From Candidatus Marinacidobacterales bacterium (lineage in GTDB: Bacteria; Acidobacteriota; Vicinamibacteria; Marinacidobacterales; DATDRI01): a DNA stretch of 64,000 nt. This document shows, piece by piece, positions 20,840-30,268 of this stretch. Position numbers and translations under genes: made by a program. Each line of letters opens with the position of its first letter. Positions within the stretch are counted from its first letter, which is position 1. The notes beneath the pieces were generated by a model. The model saw only the letters and a list, made by a program, of their open reading frames with translations, had not been told where the DNA came from and did not search any database. Location: assembly GCA_965226495.1 (NCBI GenBank), contig OZ245365.1:2560001-2624000 (forward strand), read 5' to 3'.

Positions 20840-21724
20840 ATGGACATGCCATTGGTCATCAAGCAACGCATGGAAGACTTGCGTCTTGAACAAAAAGACC
20901 TGGCCGCCCGCGCCAAAGTGACCGAGTCCTATATTTCGCAACTTCTGACTCGCAAAAAGCCACCCCCGGACCCCGACCGGACCGACATTTACGTCAAGTT
21001 GGAGAAGTTCTTGAAGCTCCCCAAGGGGCAGCTTTCGAAGCTGGCTGAGCTCCAGCGCAAGGAGGACTTGAAGAGGAAGGTCGTCGATCCTCCCGCGCCT
21101 CTGTATGAGGACGTTCGGCACTTGATCCTCCGTAAATGTGACCCTGGCAAAGCCAAACAAATGCACTCCATTTTCGAGAAACAACCCTTCGGGGAGCTCG
21201 AACGCTTGGTCACCCAGAAGCTCTTGGACGTGGTCAAGAGAGTGGCCAAAGAAGAGTTAGAGAGTGAGGAATGGCTCCAACAAGTCGCTCGACTCAGCGG
21301 CCGAAGCTATGAAGAAATGCGCGTCAGTATCCTCGAGTTTCTGGATACGGACGTCTTCCACGTGTCGGTCGAGAATTGTGTAGCGTTCATGGACCCGTTG
21401 ATTGAGTCCTGGGATATCGACCTTGCTACCTTCGGTATCGAGATCGTGTTGAACGGCCGACTGACCGCGGAGCACCTAAAGAAATTCGAGTTCGTTGAAC
21501 GGGAGCTCGAACCCTCTTTCGAAGAAGAGCGGGGGCTCAAAGAGTTTCTCAATGACGGTTCCCTCAGCGGCGATGCCACTGAAGAAGAGGTTGAGTTTCT
21601 GAAGAAACTCAGGTTCAAGGGCAAACAACCCACCCGGCTCTATTACTACCGGGAATTGCAGAACCTCAGAGATCCTCTTCATTTTCGCCCTGCGAGGGCG
21701 CAACGTGAACACGCTCCCAAGTGA
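20840..21724 (+). CDS. XRE-family HTH transcriptional regulator with uncharacterised C-terminal domain
   Basis: LEQKDLAARAKVTESYISQLL HTH; GGAGG RBS upstream of ATG 20840. Confidence 0.85.
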   Translation: MDMPLVIKQRMEDLRLEQKDLAARAKVTESYISQLLTRKKPPPDPDRTDIYVKLEKFLKLPKGQLSKLAELQRKEDLKRKVVDPPAPLYEDVRHLILRKCDPGKAKQMHSIFEKQPFGELERLVTQKLLDVVKRVAKEELESEEWLQQVARLSGRSYEEMRVSILEFLDTDVFHVSVENCVAFMDPLIESWDIDLATFGIEIVLNGRLTAEHLKKFEFVERELEPSFEEERGLKEFLNDGSLSGDATEEEVEFLKKLRFKGKQPTRLYYYRELQNLRDPLHFRPARAQREHAPK

Positions 21725-21775
21725 CTACCGTCGGTCTAGCGTGCAGCCGGCGTCGCACGGGCAAAAAGAAATCAT

Positions 21776-22543
21776 TTAGGGCTTCTTCCCTCCCTTTTCC
21801 AGTAACCGCGTTATCAAGTCCACGGGCAAGGGAAAGATGACGGTGGAGTTCTGCTCGGTGGCAACCTCAGTCAAGGTCTGTAAATAACGCAGCTGCATCG
21901 CCATCGGATGTTGCCCCACGATCGCCGCCGCTGCGCTGAGCTTCTCCGAAGCCAGGTATTCGCCTTCGGCGTGAATGACTTTGGCCCGCTTCTCGCGTTC
22001 CGCCTCCGCTTGTTTCGCTATCGCGCGCTGCATCTCCGGAGGCAAATCGACGTGTTTGACTTCCACCATAACGACCTTGATGCCCCAGGGATCGGTGGCC
22101 TTGTCCAAAATATCCTGAAGCTGTATGTTGACTCTCTCTCGCTGCGCGAGAAGATCGTCCAGCTCCACTTGACCCAATACACTACGCAACGTCGTCTGCG
22201 CGAGCTGTGTGGTCGCATGGAGGAAGTCCTGCACCTCGACGACTGCCTTCGTGGGGTGAAGAACCCGGAAAAACAGGACGGCATTGACCTTGACCGACAC
22301 GTTGTCCCGAGTGATGACGTCCTGCGGCGGGACGTCGAGTGCCACCAACCGCAAGCTGATCTTCACCATCTTGTCGATTGGGCTAAAGACAAAGACCAGC
22401 CCTGGCCCCTTCGGCTCCTTTAGGAGTCGTCCCAATCGGAAAACGACGCCGCGCTCGTACTCATTGAGGACCTTGACCCAGTTAAGGAAGAAAATAGCCA
22501 CTACGATGACGGCGAGAACGGCTCCAGTCGACATTTCGAACAT
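21776..22543 (-). CDS. SPFH/stomatin (slipin) family protein
   Basis: [50 protein letters not shown]. Confidence 0.95.
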   Translation of the reverse strand: MFEMSTGAVLAVIVVAIFFLNWVKVLNEYERGVVFRLGRLLKEPKGPGLVFVFSPIDKMVKISLRLVALDVPPQDVITRDNVSVKVNAVLFFRVLHPTKAVVEVQDFLHATTQLAQTTLRSVLGQVELDDLLAQRERVNIQLQDILDKATDPWGIKVVMVEVKHVDLPPEMQRAIAKQAEAEREKRAKVIHAEGEYLASEKLSAAAAIVGQHPMAMQLRYLQTLTEVATEQNSTVIFPLPVDLITRLLEKGGKKP

Positions 22544-22753
22544 TGTTTCGGCCTCTTTTAGCTTGTCTAGCCTGGATAGGACTGGCTTCGACCCCCCAAG
22601 TCTAGTCTGGACCAAGGGCTCGCCACAAGGGGGGATTCTGAGTCTTCCCCCCTTCCCTGGCCCGGGAAAATTTTGTTCGCGTTTTCCTTGAATCCGTGCT
22701 ATCGTTTCCAGCGTAAAGTGTAGTTTTTCTTCTTGCTCAAAAAAAGACAGTCG

Positions 22754-22792
22754 ACCACAGGGAGAGAGAAAAGCACCCTGTGGTTTTTTTTT
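22754..22792 (+). terminator. Terminator-like hairpin in the csp 5' leader
   Basis: ACCACAGGG/CCCTGTGGT stem followed by a long T run. Confidence 0.6.
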
Positions 22793-22868
22793 GTTTTGTC
22801 AGCGTAGAGTCTACACCTTACCGTAACGCCGATCGGGCGAATCTACGAAGAAAGGAGGTAGACTCCGT

Positions 22869-23069
22869 ATGGCAACTGGTACAGTAAAGTGGTTTAACGA
22901 CGGCAAGGGCTTCGGCTTCATTCAGCGTGAAGACGGCCCCGATGTTTTTGTTCACTTTTCAGCGATCGGGGGCGACGGTTTCCGCTCGCTCCAAGAAGGT
23001 CAGAGTGTCGAGTTCGAGGTAACGCAGGGTCCGAAAGGTCCCCAAGCCGCGAACGTGAAGCCTCTCTAA
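22869..23069 (+). CDS. cspA: Cold-shock protein
   Basis: [30 protein letters not shown]; AAGGAGGT RBS. Confidence 0.97.
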   Translation: MATGTVKWFNDGKGFGFIQREDGPDVFVHFSAIGGDGFRSLQEGQSVEFEVTQGPKGPQAANVKPL

Positions 23070-23093
23070 CCGACCGCCGATTTTTGACGTTTC

Positions 23094-23133
23094 AAGCCCC
23101 GCTGGCCCTATTGGTCGGCGGGGCTTTTTTTTT
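23094..23133 (+). terminator. Rho-independent terminator
   Basis: AAGCCCCGCTGGCC/GGTCGGCGGGGCTT stem plus poly-T. Confidence 0.9.
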
Positions 23134-23168
23134 GGTTCGAAGCTCCCACGAGCTCATCGTCTCCTGTC

Positions 23169-23687
23169 ATGAAGCTTGCTGGCCCTGTTAAGAAACTTAC
23201 TTTGTTGTCCGCGGCGGGATATCTGTTTACTTTTGCCCTGGCTGCCAAAGGGATTTTCCTTTTCGGGTCACTGCACCCGCCGAAGGCGGAATTGCTTTCC
23301 GTCGTGGGGGTTGTGAGGCAAGTGCGTGTTGGCGGTCAGGGCAAGTCGACCCGGTTTCAAATCCAATCGGATCGTGGAACTCACCGCTACTCGTCCTACT
23401 ACGGCAAAGTGTGGCCGGGAATGGAGCGCATCCGCCCGGAAGACCGCGTCCGGGTGCTCGCCGAGAGGAACAAGCTAAATAGCAATGAACTGATCGGCGG
23501 CAAACAGTACTATATCTGGGAACTGATTCACCACAATCAGGTCATTGTGACATATGAGGATGTACGTGATTTGGTCAGAGAAAAGGAAACGACCGCAAAT
23601 CGATACGCAAGCGCGGTTCTAGCGGCCAGCGTCGTCTTCCTAGTCATCGCCTATACGCGGAAGCTGTTTCTTGGCCGAGAGCAATAG
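23169..23687 (+). CDS. Hypothetical membrane protein (two TM helices)
   Basis: Hydrophobic N- and C-terminal segments. Confidence 0.65.
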   Translation: MKLAGPVKKLTLLSAAGYLFTFALAAKGIFLFGSLHPPKAELLSVVGVVRQVRVGGQGKSTRFQIQSDRGTHRYSSYYGKVWPGMERIRPEDRVRVLAERNKLNSNELIGGKQYYIWELIHHNQVIVTYEDVRDLVREKETTANRYASAVLAASVVFLVIAYTRKLFLGREQ

Positions 23688-23745
23688 GCCTGCCTTCATC
23701 CTTACTACACGGTAAGGGCCGTGCTCGCCACAGCCCGCACCTGGA

Positions 23746-24077
23746 CTACGGGTCTTCGTCTCCCATATCGAACACGACTTTCCATCGACTGTCTGCCTGA
23801 CGCCGCCAGATCGTGACGTAATTGCCGGTCACCGACTGCTCCTCTCCACCCTCCAGCGTAACCTGCGCTCGTAACGGCCGAACGTATAGCCGAGATTCCC
23901 ATCCGGGGAGACCTCGGCCTCCGCGGCCATGAGCTCCAACTTCCAGACCTCGGGATGGGCAGGGGGATCGGGAGGGGCATCACCGCCTCCGATACAGCCC
24001 GCAAAAAAGCAGGCCAAAGCGAAAAACACAGTTCCACGAGAAGCAATCGCTGGAGCAACCTGCGGATTTGGATTCAT
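23746..24077 (-). pseudogene. SnoaL/DUF4440 (NTF2-like) lipoprotein remnant with internal deletion and frameshift
   Basis: FAGC lipobox and AEVSPDGNLGYTFGRYE, then in another frame TGNYVTIWRRQADSRWKVVFDMG*. Confidence 0.7.
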
Positions 24078-24171
24078 TCCGGGGTTTTAACACGAGTGGG
24101 GTCTCGGCATAGGGATAAGACGTAATGAAGACGCGTGCGCGGCCAAGCTTGGCCTGGCAGCATGAGGCCCG

Positions 24172-25872
24172 CTATTGGGCGTCGAGCCGGCCGTATATTT
24201 TTTCGCGGTAATCGCGTTCCTCCTCGAGGTTGCCCAACTTGAAGTGGACGTCCGACAGCTTGAGAAAGATGGGATTGGGCTTTTTCCGTCCTTCGAGGCT
24301 TTCCTCGTAGAACTGAAGAGCGGCCGGATGGTCGCCTCGGTAGAACGCGGCGTCCCCTTCCCTTTCAATCCACCTGCTGGGAGAGAGCTGCATCTTCCGT
24401 AAAAGCTCCGCCATATCCCCCGCGTAGCGTAGCGCCTCCTGGTAACGCTTCTGCCAAAGGAGAACATAGAACTTGTGCTCCGCGGTAAGTGCGGTCTCGA
24501 CATAGTCCGGCCAGTCGGCGGGATAGGCCGACTTCAGTTCGCGCACCAACTCTTGGTCCACCCTGCCCCACCACAGTCGCCGGATGCGGGGATCCTCGAG
24601 ATAGCTCGGCAGACTCTCGATCGCGGTCTGGAGCCATTGCTGGGCCGCGTCCAAGTCTCCCCTGGCGATCCCCAAGATCGCCGAAATTCCTGGAAAACGG
24701 GGATCATCCTGCCAGTCGTAATAAATCGAAAGAAAGACGGAATCTGCTTCTTCCCACCGCTCTTCCGAAGTCAACGCCAGAACCGTCGACATAAGATAGA
24801 GCTTCGCTTCCGGGACGAGCTCGCTCGCTCGCATGAAGATTGCCGACGCGCACGTCTCTGACTCGCAGTCGCTCGGTGCCACGCATCCTTGACGCCAGAG
24901 CTCCATACCCTGCAAGAGCCGCCGCAGGTACTCCGGTACATCCTCCGGTAGTGATTGAACCTCCCGGCGCCGGTCCGCTCTCTCATCGAAACGCTCGAGT
25001 TGGCCGAGATCCGCAAGGGTGTAGAGATCGGTACTCGAAATCCCGAAATCCCCGTGATCCAAGGCAGGAAGACACCGTGGCTCTTTATAGAGGCGAGACT
25101 GCCAGTAGTCGAAGAGATCCACGAATAACATCCGGCGGCCGGGAGCGACAAAGGGCGTCTGATGGATGGGACCATCTGCAGTAATAATGATGTCGTCCAC
25201 GTAGAACCGGACGTTCGAGCGGTCGAGGCCGGGAGGGTCGCCAATGAACGAGAACTTTCGGAGCTTGGAGCCCGGTATGCCTACCGCGTTCGGGTGGTCG
25301 ACGATGGAAACAACGGGTTCGTCCTGCCCCTCCTCCGCGATCGTCAGATCATAGGTGCCGCGGTCGATGTCGTAGGTCACGTCGACTACGTACCAGGCGA
25401 ACCCTTCGACGCGAAAAAGATCTTCCTCCTGCCCCGCCGTGACGTGATGGAGAACGCCGTTTTCGGTCTTCAACCAGAAGCCGATGCCGTCCTTCACCAT
25501 CCGGAAATGGGAGAAACCTGCGAGCGCGATGTTCAGCGGCTCGTACGGCTCGGCGACCATGAACGCGAAGTGGATGAACAGCCGTCCGGTCTCTTTGTCC
25601 GGAAAGAAGCCCTGAAGTTCGGCGAACTCGGCGTCTCCTGCCACGGCCCGGATCTCCACCGCACGGTGTCCGCTGAAGGGGTAGGTGGATGAAAGAGAGA
25701 CGCTTCCCTGCGCATCCTCGAAGACACTCAACGTATAGGGTCCGGTCTCTATCTCGCTCCCGTCGAAATCGTACCAGACGAGCACGTGGGCGGCTTCTTC
25801 TCCGGCCTCTTGCCCCACCGCCGTTGCACCCAGGCTGAAGACAAAAAGTCCCCATAAGATTTTGGAGCCCAT
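24172..25872 (-). CDS. Exported protein with beta-sandwich N-terminus and TPR-like C-terminus
   Basis: Signal peptide; beta-rich N-half ending YVDDIII; helical TPR-like C-half. Confidence 0.7.
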   Translation of the reverse strand: MGSKILWGLFVFSLGATAVGQEAGEEAAHVLVWYDFDGSEIETGPYTLSVFEDAQGSVSLSSTYPFSGHRAVEIRAVAGDAEFAELQGFFPDKETGRLFIHFAFMVAEPYEPLNIALAGFSHFRMVKDGIGFWLKTENGVLHHVTAGQEEDLFRVEGFAWYVVDVTYDIDRGTYDLTIAEEGQDEPVVSIVDHPNAVGIPGSKLRKFSFIGDPPGLDRSNVRFYVDDIIITADGPIHQTPFVAPGRRMLFVDLFDYWQSRLYKEPRCLPALDHGDFGISSTDLYTLADLGQLERFDERADRRREVQSLPEDVPEYLRRLLQGMELWRQGCVAPSDCESETCASAIFMRASELVPEAKLYLMSTVLALTSEERWEEADSVFLSIYYDWQDDPRFPGISAILGIARGDLDAAQQWLQTAIESLPSYLEDPRIRRLWWGRVDQELVRELKSAYPADWPDYVETALTAEHKFYVLLWQKRYQEALRYAGDMAELLRKMQLSPSRWIEREGDAAFYRGDHPAALQFYEESLEGRKKPNPIFLKLSDVHFKLGNLEEERDYREKIYGRLDAQ

Positions 25873-26017
25873 GATTCCATTGTAACAAGCGGTACTGGAT
25901 CTTCAACGATCGGAACACGTTGACGCCGGTCATGTCGCAGCGGCCCCGCCCTCCAGAACCGAATAGAAGTGGGTGGCGGGAGTGCGGTACCTTTAACGTC
26001 TGCATCCGGAGGGAGCC

Positions 26018-27307
26018 ATGAAGCGTCTTCTTGCCGCCATTTGTTTCGTCACCTGGCCCGCGCTGGCGGGAAACCAGGCTGAGGACTCGTCCGTCGCTTG
26101 GCGGCAGTGGGGAGGGCCGGACCGGAACTTCCATTCGAAGACTACCGGCCTCGCGAAATCGTGGCCGGCCGATGGTCCGCGGCCGCTTTGGAGTCGTCTC
26201 CTGGGCGAAGGCTATTCCACGGTGATCGCGGACGACGGCACTCTCTACACCATGTACCGCGAGGAGGCCCTCGTGTCACAGGCAAGCGAAGATCAAGAAA
26301 TCGTCGTGGCGCTCGATGCCGATAGCGGCGAGACGCTCTGGGAACACCGCTACGACGCGCCCCTTGCCGAGAGCATGCCCCCGGTCTTCGACTTCTGGCT
26401 CAGCCAAGCCGGACCGGGTCCCTATTCCACGCCGCTGATCTCGGGAGATCGGCTCTTCGCGGTGGGCGTTACTGGAAAATTCCACACGCTGAACAAGAGG
26501 ACGGGAGAGGTTCTGTGGACTCATGACCTCCAAGAGGCGTTTGGGATGTCTCTTTCTAGCGGTTATGCCAGTAGCCCCATCGCCTACCGCGACACGGTCA
26601 TCCTGCCGGTCGGAGGAACGGGACACGGGGTCGTCGCCTTTCGCCAAAGCGATGGCACCGTGGTCTGGAAGACGCAGGATTTCGCCTTGGCCCCGGCTTC
26701 TCCCATTCTCATCAATCTCGATGGCGAGGATCAGCTCGTCCTGTTCACTGGAAGCCGGATAGCAGGCCTCGATCCCCGTAACGGCGATCTTTTCTGGAGT
26801 CACCCCCACGAGACCGACTATGGGCTCAACATCAGCACGCCGGTTTGGGGCGACGGTAACTTGCTCTTCTGTTCATCGGCCTATAACGGTGGAAGTCGAG
26901 TGCTTCGTCTGAGCCGGGTGGACGGCAAGACCTCGGCACAAGAGTTGTGGTTCAACAACCGTATGCGACTGCATTTTGGCAACGCCATCCGCATCGGAGA
27001 TTCTGTCTATGGCACGAGCGGCGATTTCGGACCCGCCTTTTTCGCCGCACTCGATATCAATACCGGAACCGAAGCTTGGCGGGAGCGTGGGTTCGGCCGC
27101 TCCCAAATGATTTACGCCGACGGGATGTTGGTCATTATTGATGAGGACGGGGATCTAGTGCTAGCCACGCCGTCGGCCGAAGGCTTGGAAGTACATTCGA
27201 GAGCAGAAGCCTTGACCGACAACGCCTGGACGGCCCCGACGCTGGTTGGAACGACGCTTTATTTGAGGGATCGGAAATCCATCCGCGCCTTCGAATTAGG
27301 CAAATGA
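26018..27307 (+). CDS. PQQ-like beta-propeller (BamB-like) protein
   Basis: WRQWGGPDRN, LGEGYS, ALDADSGETLWE repeats, WTAPTLVGTTLYLRD. Confidence 0.88.
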   Translation: MKRLLAAICFVTWPALAGNQAEDSSVAWRQWGGPDRNFHSKTTGLAKSWPADGPRPLWSRLLGEGYSTVIADDGTLYTMYREEALVSQASEDQEIVVALDADSGETLWEHRYDAPLAESMPPVFDFWLSQAGPGPYSTPLISGDRLFAVGVTGKFHTLNKRTGEVLWTHDLQEAFGMSLSSGYASSPIAYRDTVILPVGGTGHGVVAFRQSDGTVVWKTQDFALAPASPILINLDGEDQLVLFTGSRIAGLDPRNGDLFWSHPHETDYGLNISTPVWGDGNLLFCSSAYNGGSRVLRLSRVDGKTSAQELWFNNRMRLHFGNAIRIGDSVYGTSGDFGPAFFAALDINTGTEAWRERGFGRSQMIYADGMLVIIDEDGDLVLATPSAEGLEVHSRAEALTDNAWTAPTLVGTTLYLRDRKSIRAFELGK

Positions 27308-27314
27308 CTCCCCG

Positions 27315-27353
27315 ATGATCGGTAGCTCGCTCGCCCACTACCAGATTACGGCC
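27315..27353 (+). pseudogene. First 13 codons of a Ser/Thr kinase gene (stub)
   Basis: MIGSSLAHYQITA matches the start of the kinase at 49419 (MIGTTVTHYHITA). Confidence 0.55.
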
Positions 27354-27888
27354 GCGGTATACGAGCTAGTTGCGACCCTTCAACCTGCTGAGTTGGCAGA
27401 CACACCGTGAAGGTCGTCCCCCTGTTCTCGCCCGGAGTGACCTCGATCCGTCCGTTGTGATCTCGTACGATCTGGTAGCAAATCGCAAGTCCCAGCCCCG
27501 ACCCCACCCCGACTCCCTTGGTCGTAAAGCCGGGATCGAAAATCTTCGAGAGCACGCTCGGTTCGATGCCTTTGCCTGTGTCTTTGAAGGAGACATGAAC
27601 CTGTCCGTCTCGAGAGCGCGTTGAGATAGTGATAGTCCCTTTTCCCTGGATGGAATGCGCAGCGTTCACCAGGATGTTCATGAAGACTTGATTCAACTGG
27701 CTGGGCGAGCACTCGATATCCGGAATGTCACCATAATGCCGTATCACCTCGATTCGGTTCTTGAGCTCGTGGTGCACCAAAGTGAGAGTGCTTTCCAACC
27801 CATCGTGAAGATCCGCCTTCTTCCGCTCCGCCTCGTCGAGTCGCGCGAAATTTCTAAGGCTCCGAACGATCTTAATGAAGGGCTTCAC
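27346..27888 (-). pseudogene. C-terminal HATPase_c fragment of an NtrB-type histidine kinase
   Basis: QLNQVFMNILVNA, DTGKGI, FDPGFTTKGVGVGSGLGL; no H-box or sensor domain. Confidence 0.8.
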
Positions 27889-28256
27889 AGTTACACCAAT
27901 CTCTCCACGCTCTTGCTAGCCATCGGAGAGGACTTGCCCGCTGGTTTTCCGAACCGCTCGCCGTTCCTTCAAGACCCACCGCGACGAGATCGCCACGGCT
28001 CTCCGCAAAACGGTCCCCCCCGGTATGCCGCCAAAAGATTCCCAGGCGTTACTCACTACGAGGCGTGGGAAATCAACCCGGAGCATGTCGCAGCGGCCCC
28101 GACGGCAAAAGTGACCGCGAGACGGTCGGCTAGCGCGTGCCCAGCGAGTCTCACTCGTACCACCTTAGGCTGCGTCCCAAAGGGGTGAATGTGGCAAATC
28201 CTCCAACTTTCAAAAAACACTCAAATGCCCTTAGAATCCCCACGGAGGACCTTGGG

Positions 28257-28769
28257 ATGAAAACACCGGTCAACAGACAAACAGTCGACTTGAGCGCATT
28301 TCCTGATCTCGTGGTCATATATCTGGGTATGCGTGTGCGAACCATACAAGGCGTAAAGATGTTACTGGGCATAGGGCCTCAGATTGACAAGGCAGGGGCC
28401 GGACGACCCGACGGGCTCTTGCATTACGAGAATAGAATTATTTTCAGTGTTTTCCCCCTACATCTAGGAATGAGGTGGTACTGGAAAGACTTCGAGTCCA
28501 TGGAACAATGGACGCGCTCGGAGCCGCACAGCACCTGGTGGAAAGACTTCTTACAGAATTCCAGAGGCACCGGCTTTTGGCACGAAACGTACTTTATGCG
28601 AGGAGGGATGGAGGCGGTGTATGACGATGTATCCAAACCCATGGGGTTCCAGGCGTTTGCGGGTTCGGTCCCAGCACGCGGGTCGATGTTTGCCGCTCGC
28701 CGCCGGCTCGGCGTAGCGGGCGACACACCAGCCAATCCGGAGGGCATGGACGAGAAAAATCTCTACTAG
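28257..28769 (+). CDS. DUF4188/monooxygenase-like protein
   Basis: LVVIYLGMRV, WYWKDFESME, TGFWHETY, GGMEAVY. Confidence 0.75.
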   Translation: MKTPVNRQTVDLSAFPDLVVIYLGMRVRTIQGVKMLLGIGPQIDKAGAGRPDGLLHYENRIIFSVFPLHLGMRWYWKDFESMEQWTRSEPHSTWWKDFLQNSRGTGFWHETYFMRGGMEAVYDDVSKPMGFQAFAGSVPARGSMFAARRRLGVAGDTPANPEGMDEKNLY

Positions 28770-28825
28770 CCGATTCGGCCGTCCAACTACCCGTTCAACC
28801 TAGCTACATCACACGGGAGGATCCA

Positions 28826-29272
28826 ATGAATCTACCCAACGCGCCTGTCCCATCCGAGGGCTTTCTCGTCACACACTTTCTAACGGTGAACGACCAGGTC
28901 AAATCGCGAAACTTCTACGCCGGGATCCTCGGGGGCAAAGTGCTCGCTCCAGAGAATCCGTGCATTATCAAGTTGGCGAATTCCTGGATCATCCTCAACA
29001 GCGGAGGAGGCCCGACGCCCGACAAGCCGGATGTCACGCTCGAACCTCCTCAAAGCTCGACTCGTGTTAACAGTTTCCTGAATCTCCGCGTCGCCGATGC
29101 TCAAGCTTGTTATGCCGAATGGAAGGCCAAGGGAGCCGAGTTCATCACCGAGCCTCTGGACAACCACGGCTGGGAAACGAGATGTTACATGCGCGACCCG
29201 GACGGTTACATCATCGAAGTAGGACAGTCGAGCCAGAAGATGGTTGAGCTTTTACAGAGTTTCGCAACGTGA
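28826..29272 (+). CDS. VOC/glyoxalase family protein
   Basis: FLTVNDQVKSRNFY, RCYMRDPDGYIIEV. Confidence 0.9.
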   Translation: MNLPNAPVPSEGFLVTHFLTVNDQVKSRNFYAGILGGKVLAPENPCIIKLANSWIILNSGGGPTPDKPDVTLEPPQSSTRVNSFLNLRVADAQACYAEWKAKGAEFITEPLDNHGWETRCYMRDPDGYIIEVGQSSQKMVELLQSFAT

Positions 29273-29302
29273 AACCGGGGGAAATCGAAAGGAGGAAGAC
29301 TG

Positions 29303-29809
29303 ATGGCCAGAAACCGTTGCCGATGAACTCCGAGCTAGCGGCGTGGCGAACGTAATCGAGCCTGCCCATCCTGACTACGACCGTGCCCGACGCGTCTGGA
29401 ATGGTGACATTGACCGTCGCCCGACGGTGATCGTCCAGTGCCAGGGTGTGGCGGACGTTATCGCCGCGGTGAACGCCTCCCGCGAACACACCATGACCCT
29501 GGCGATCCGTGGCGGGGCTCACAACGTAGCCGGACACGCCACCTGTGACGACGGCATGGTGATCGACGTCTCCCCGATGAAGGGGATCTGGGTTGCGCCC
29601 GGCCGAATGATGGCGAGCGCCCAGACGGGGGTGGTCTGGAGGGAGCTCGATCGCGAGACACAGACCTCAATCACTTGGCCGGTGACGATAGCGCCGAAAA
29701 AGTACGCGTGTCATACGGTGCGAACCACAAAAGACTTGCCGCGATCAAGGCGACGTACGATCCAGGAAACCTATTTCGACTAAACGCGAACGTCCAGCCG
29801 GCTTCATGA
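29303..29809 (+). pseudogene. FAD-binding oxidoreductase (BBE-like) with the central part deleted
   Basis: N-term ARRVWNGDIDRRP...RGGAHNVAG; C-term in another frame YGANHKRLAAIKATYDPGNLFRLNANV*. Confidence 0.85.
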
Positions 29810-29857
29810 CTTGGCCGCGACCCGGCACATCAACCGGCCCAATGCGAGGGATGAGAC

Positions 29858-30247
29858 ATGACTGACCCAGTACGCTTCGACCCTTCAATCCATACTGTGG
29901 GGCTAACCCGTGATCTGTTGGCATCGCTAGTTCCGGCCAGGCCCGACCCGCCTATTCCATTCGAGGGCGTCACAATCGGTGTAGCGACGATGAAGGAGAG
30001 CTCTCCTCACGGCGGAGAGATGCATCCGGATGGAGATGAAGTGCTCTACTTGATAAGCGGTCGGGTTCGAGTCACGCTCGAACGCGCCCCCGCTGAGAAA
30101 GTTGACGAGCTCGTGATGCAACCGGGCGACGGATTGATCGTGCCAAAAGGTGTCTGCCACCGTGTTGATGTTCTCGAGCCCTGCCAGATCGTATACGTGA
30201 CTCCAGGCCCCCGCGGTGAGTACCGGCCGCTTGAAAGCGCTGGCTAA
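29858..30247 (+). CDS. Cupin domain protein
   Basis: GEMHPDGDEVLYLISG, VPKGVCH. Confidence 0.85.
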   Translation: MTDPVRFDPSIHTVGLTRDLLASLVPARPDPPIPFEGVTIGVATMKESSPHGGEMHPDGDEVLYLISGRVRVTLERAPAEKVDELVMQPGDGLIVPKGVCHRVDVLEPCQIVYVTPGPRGEYRPLESAG

Positions 30248-30268
30248 GAAACGGGGCGCGGTCGAGCC

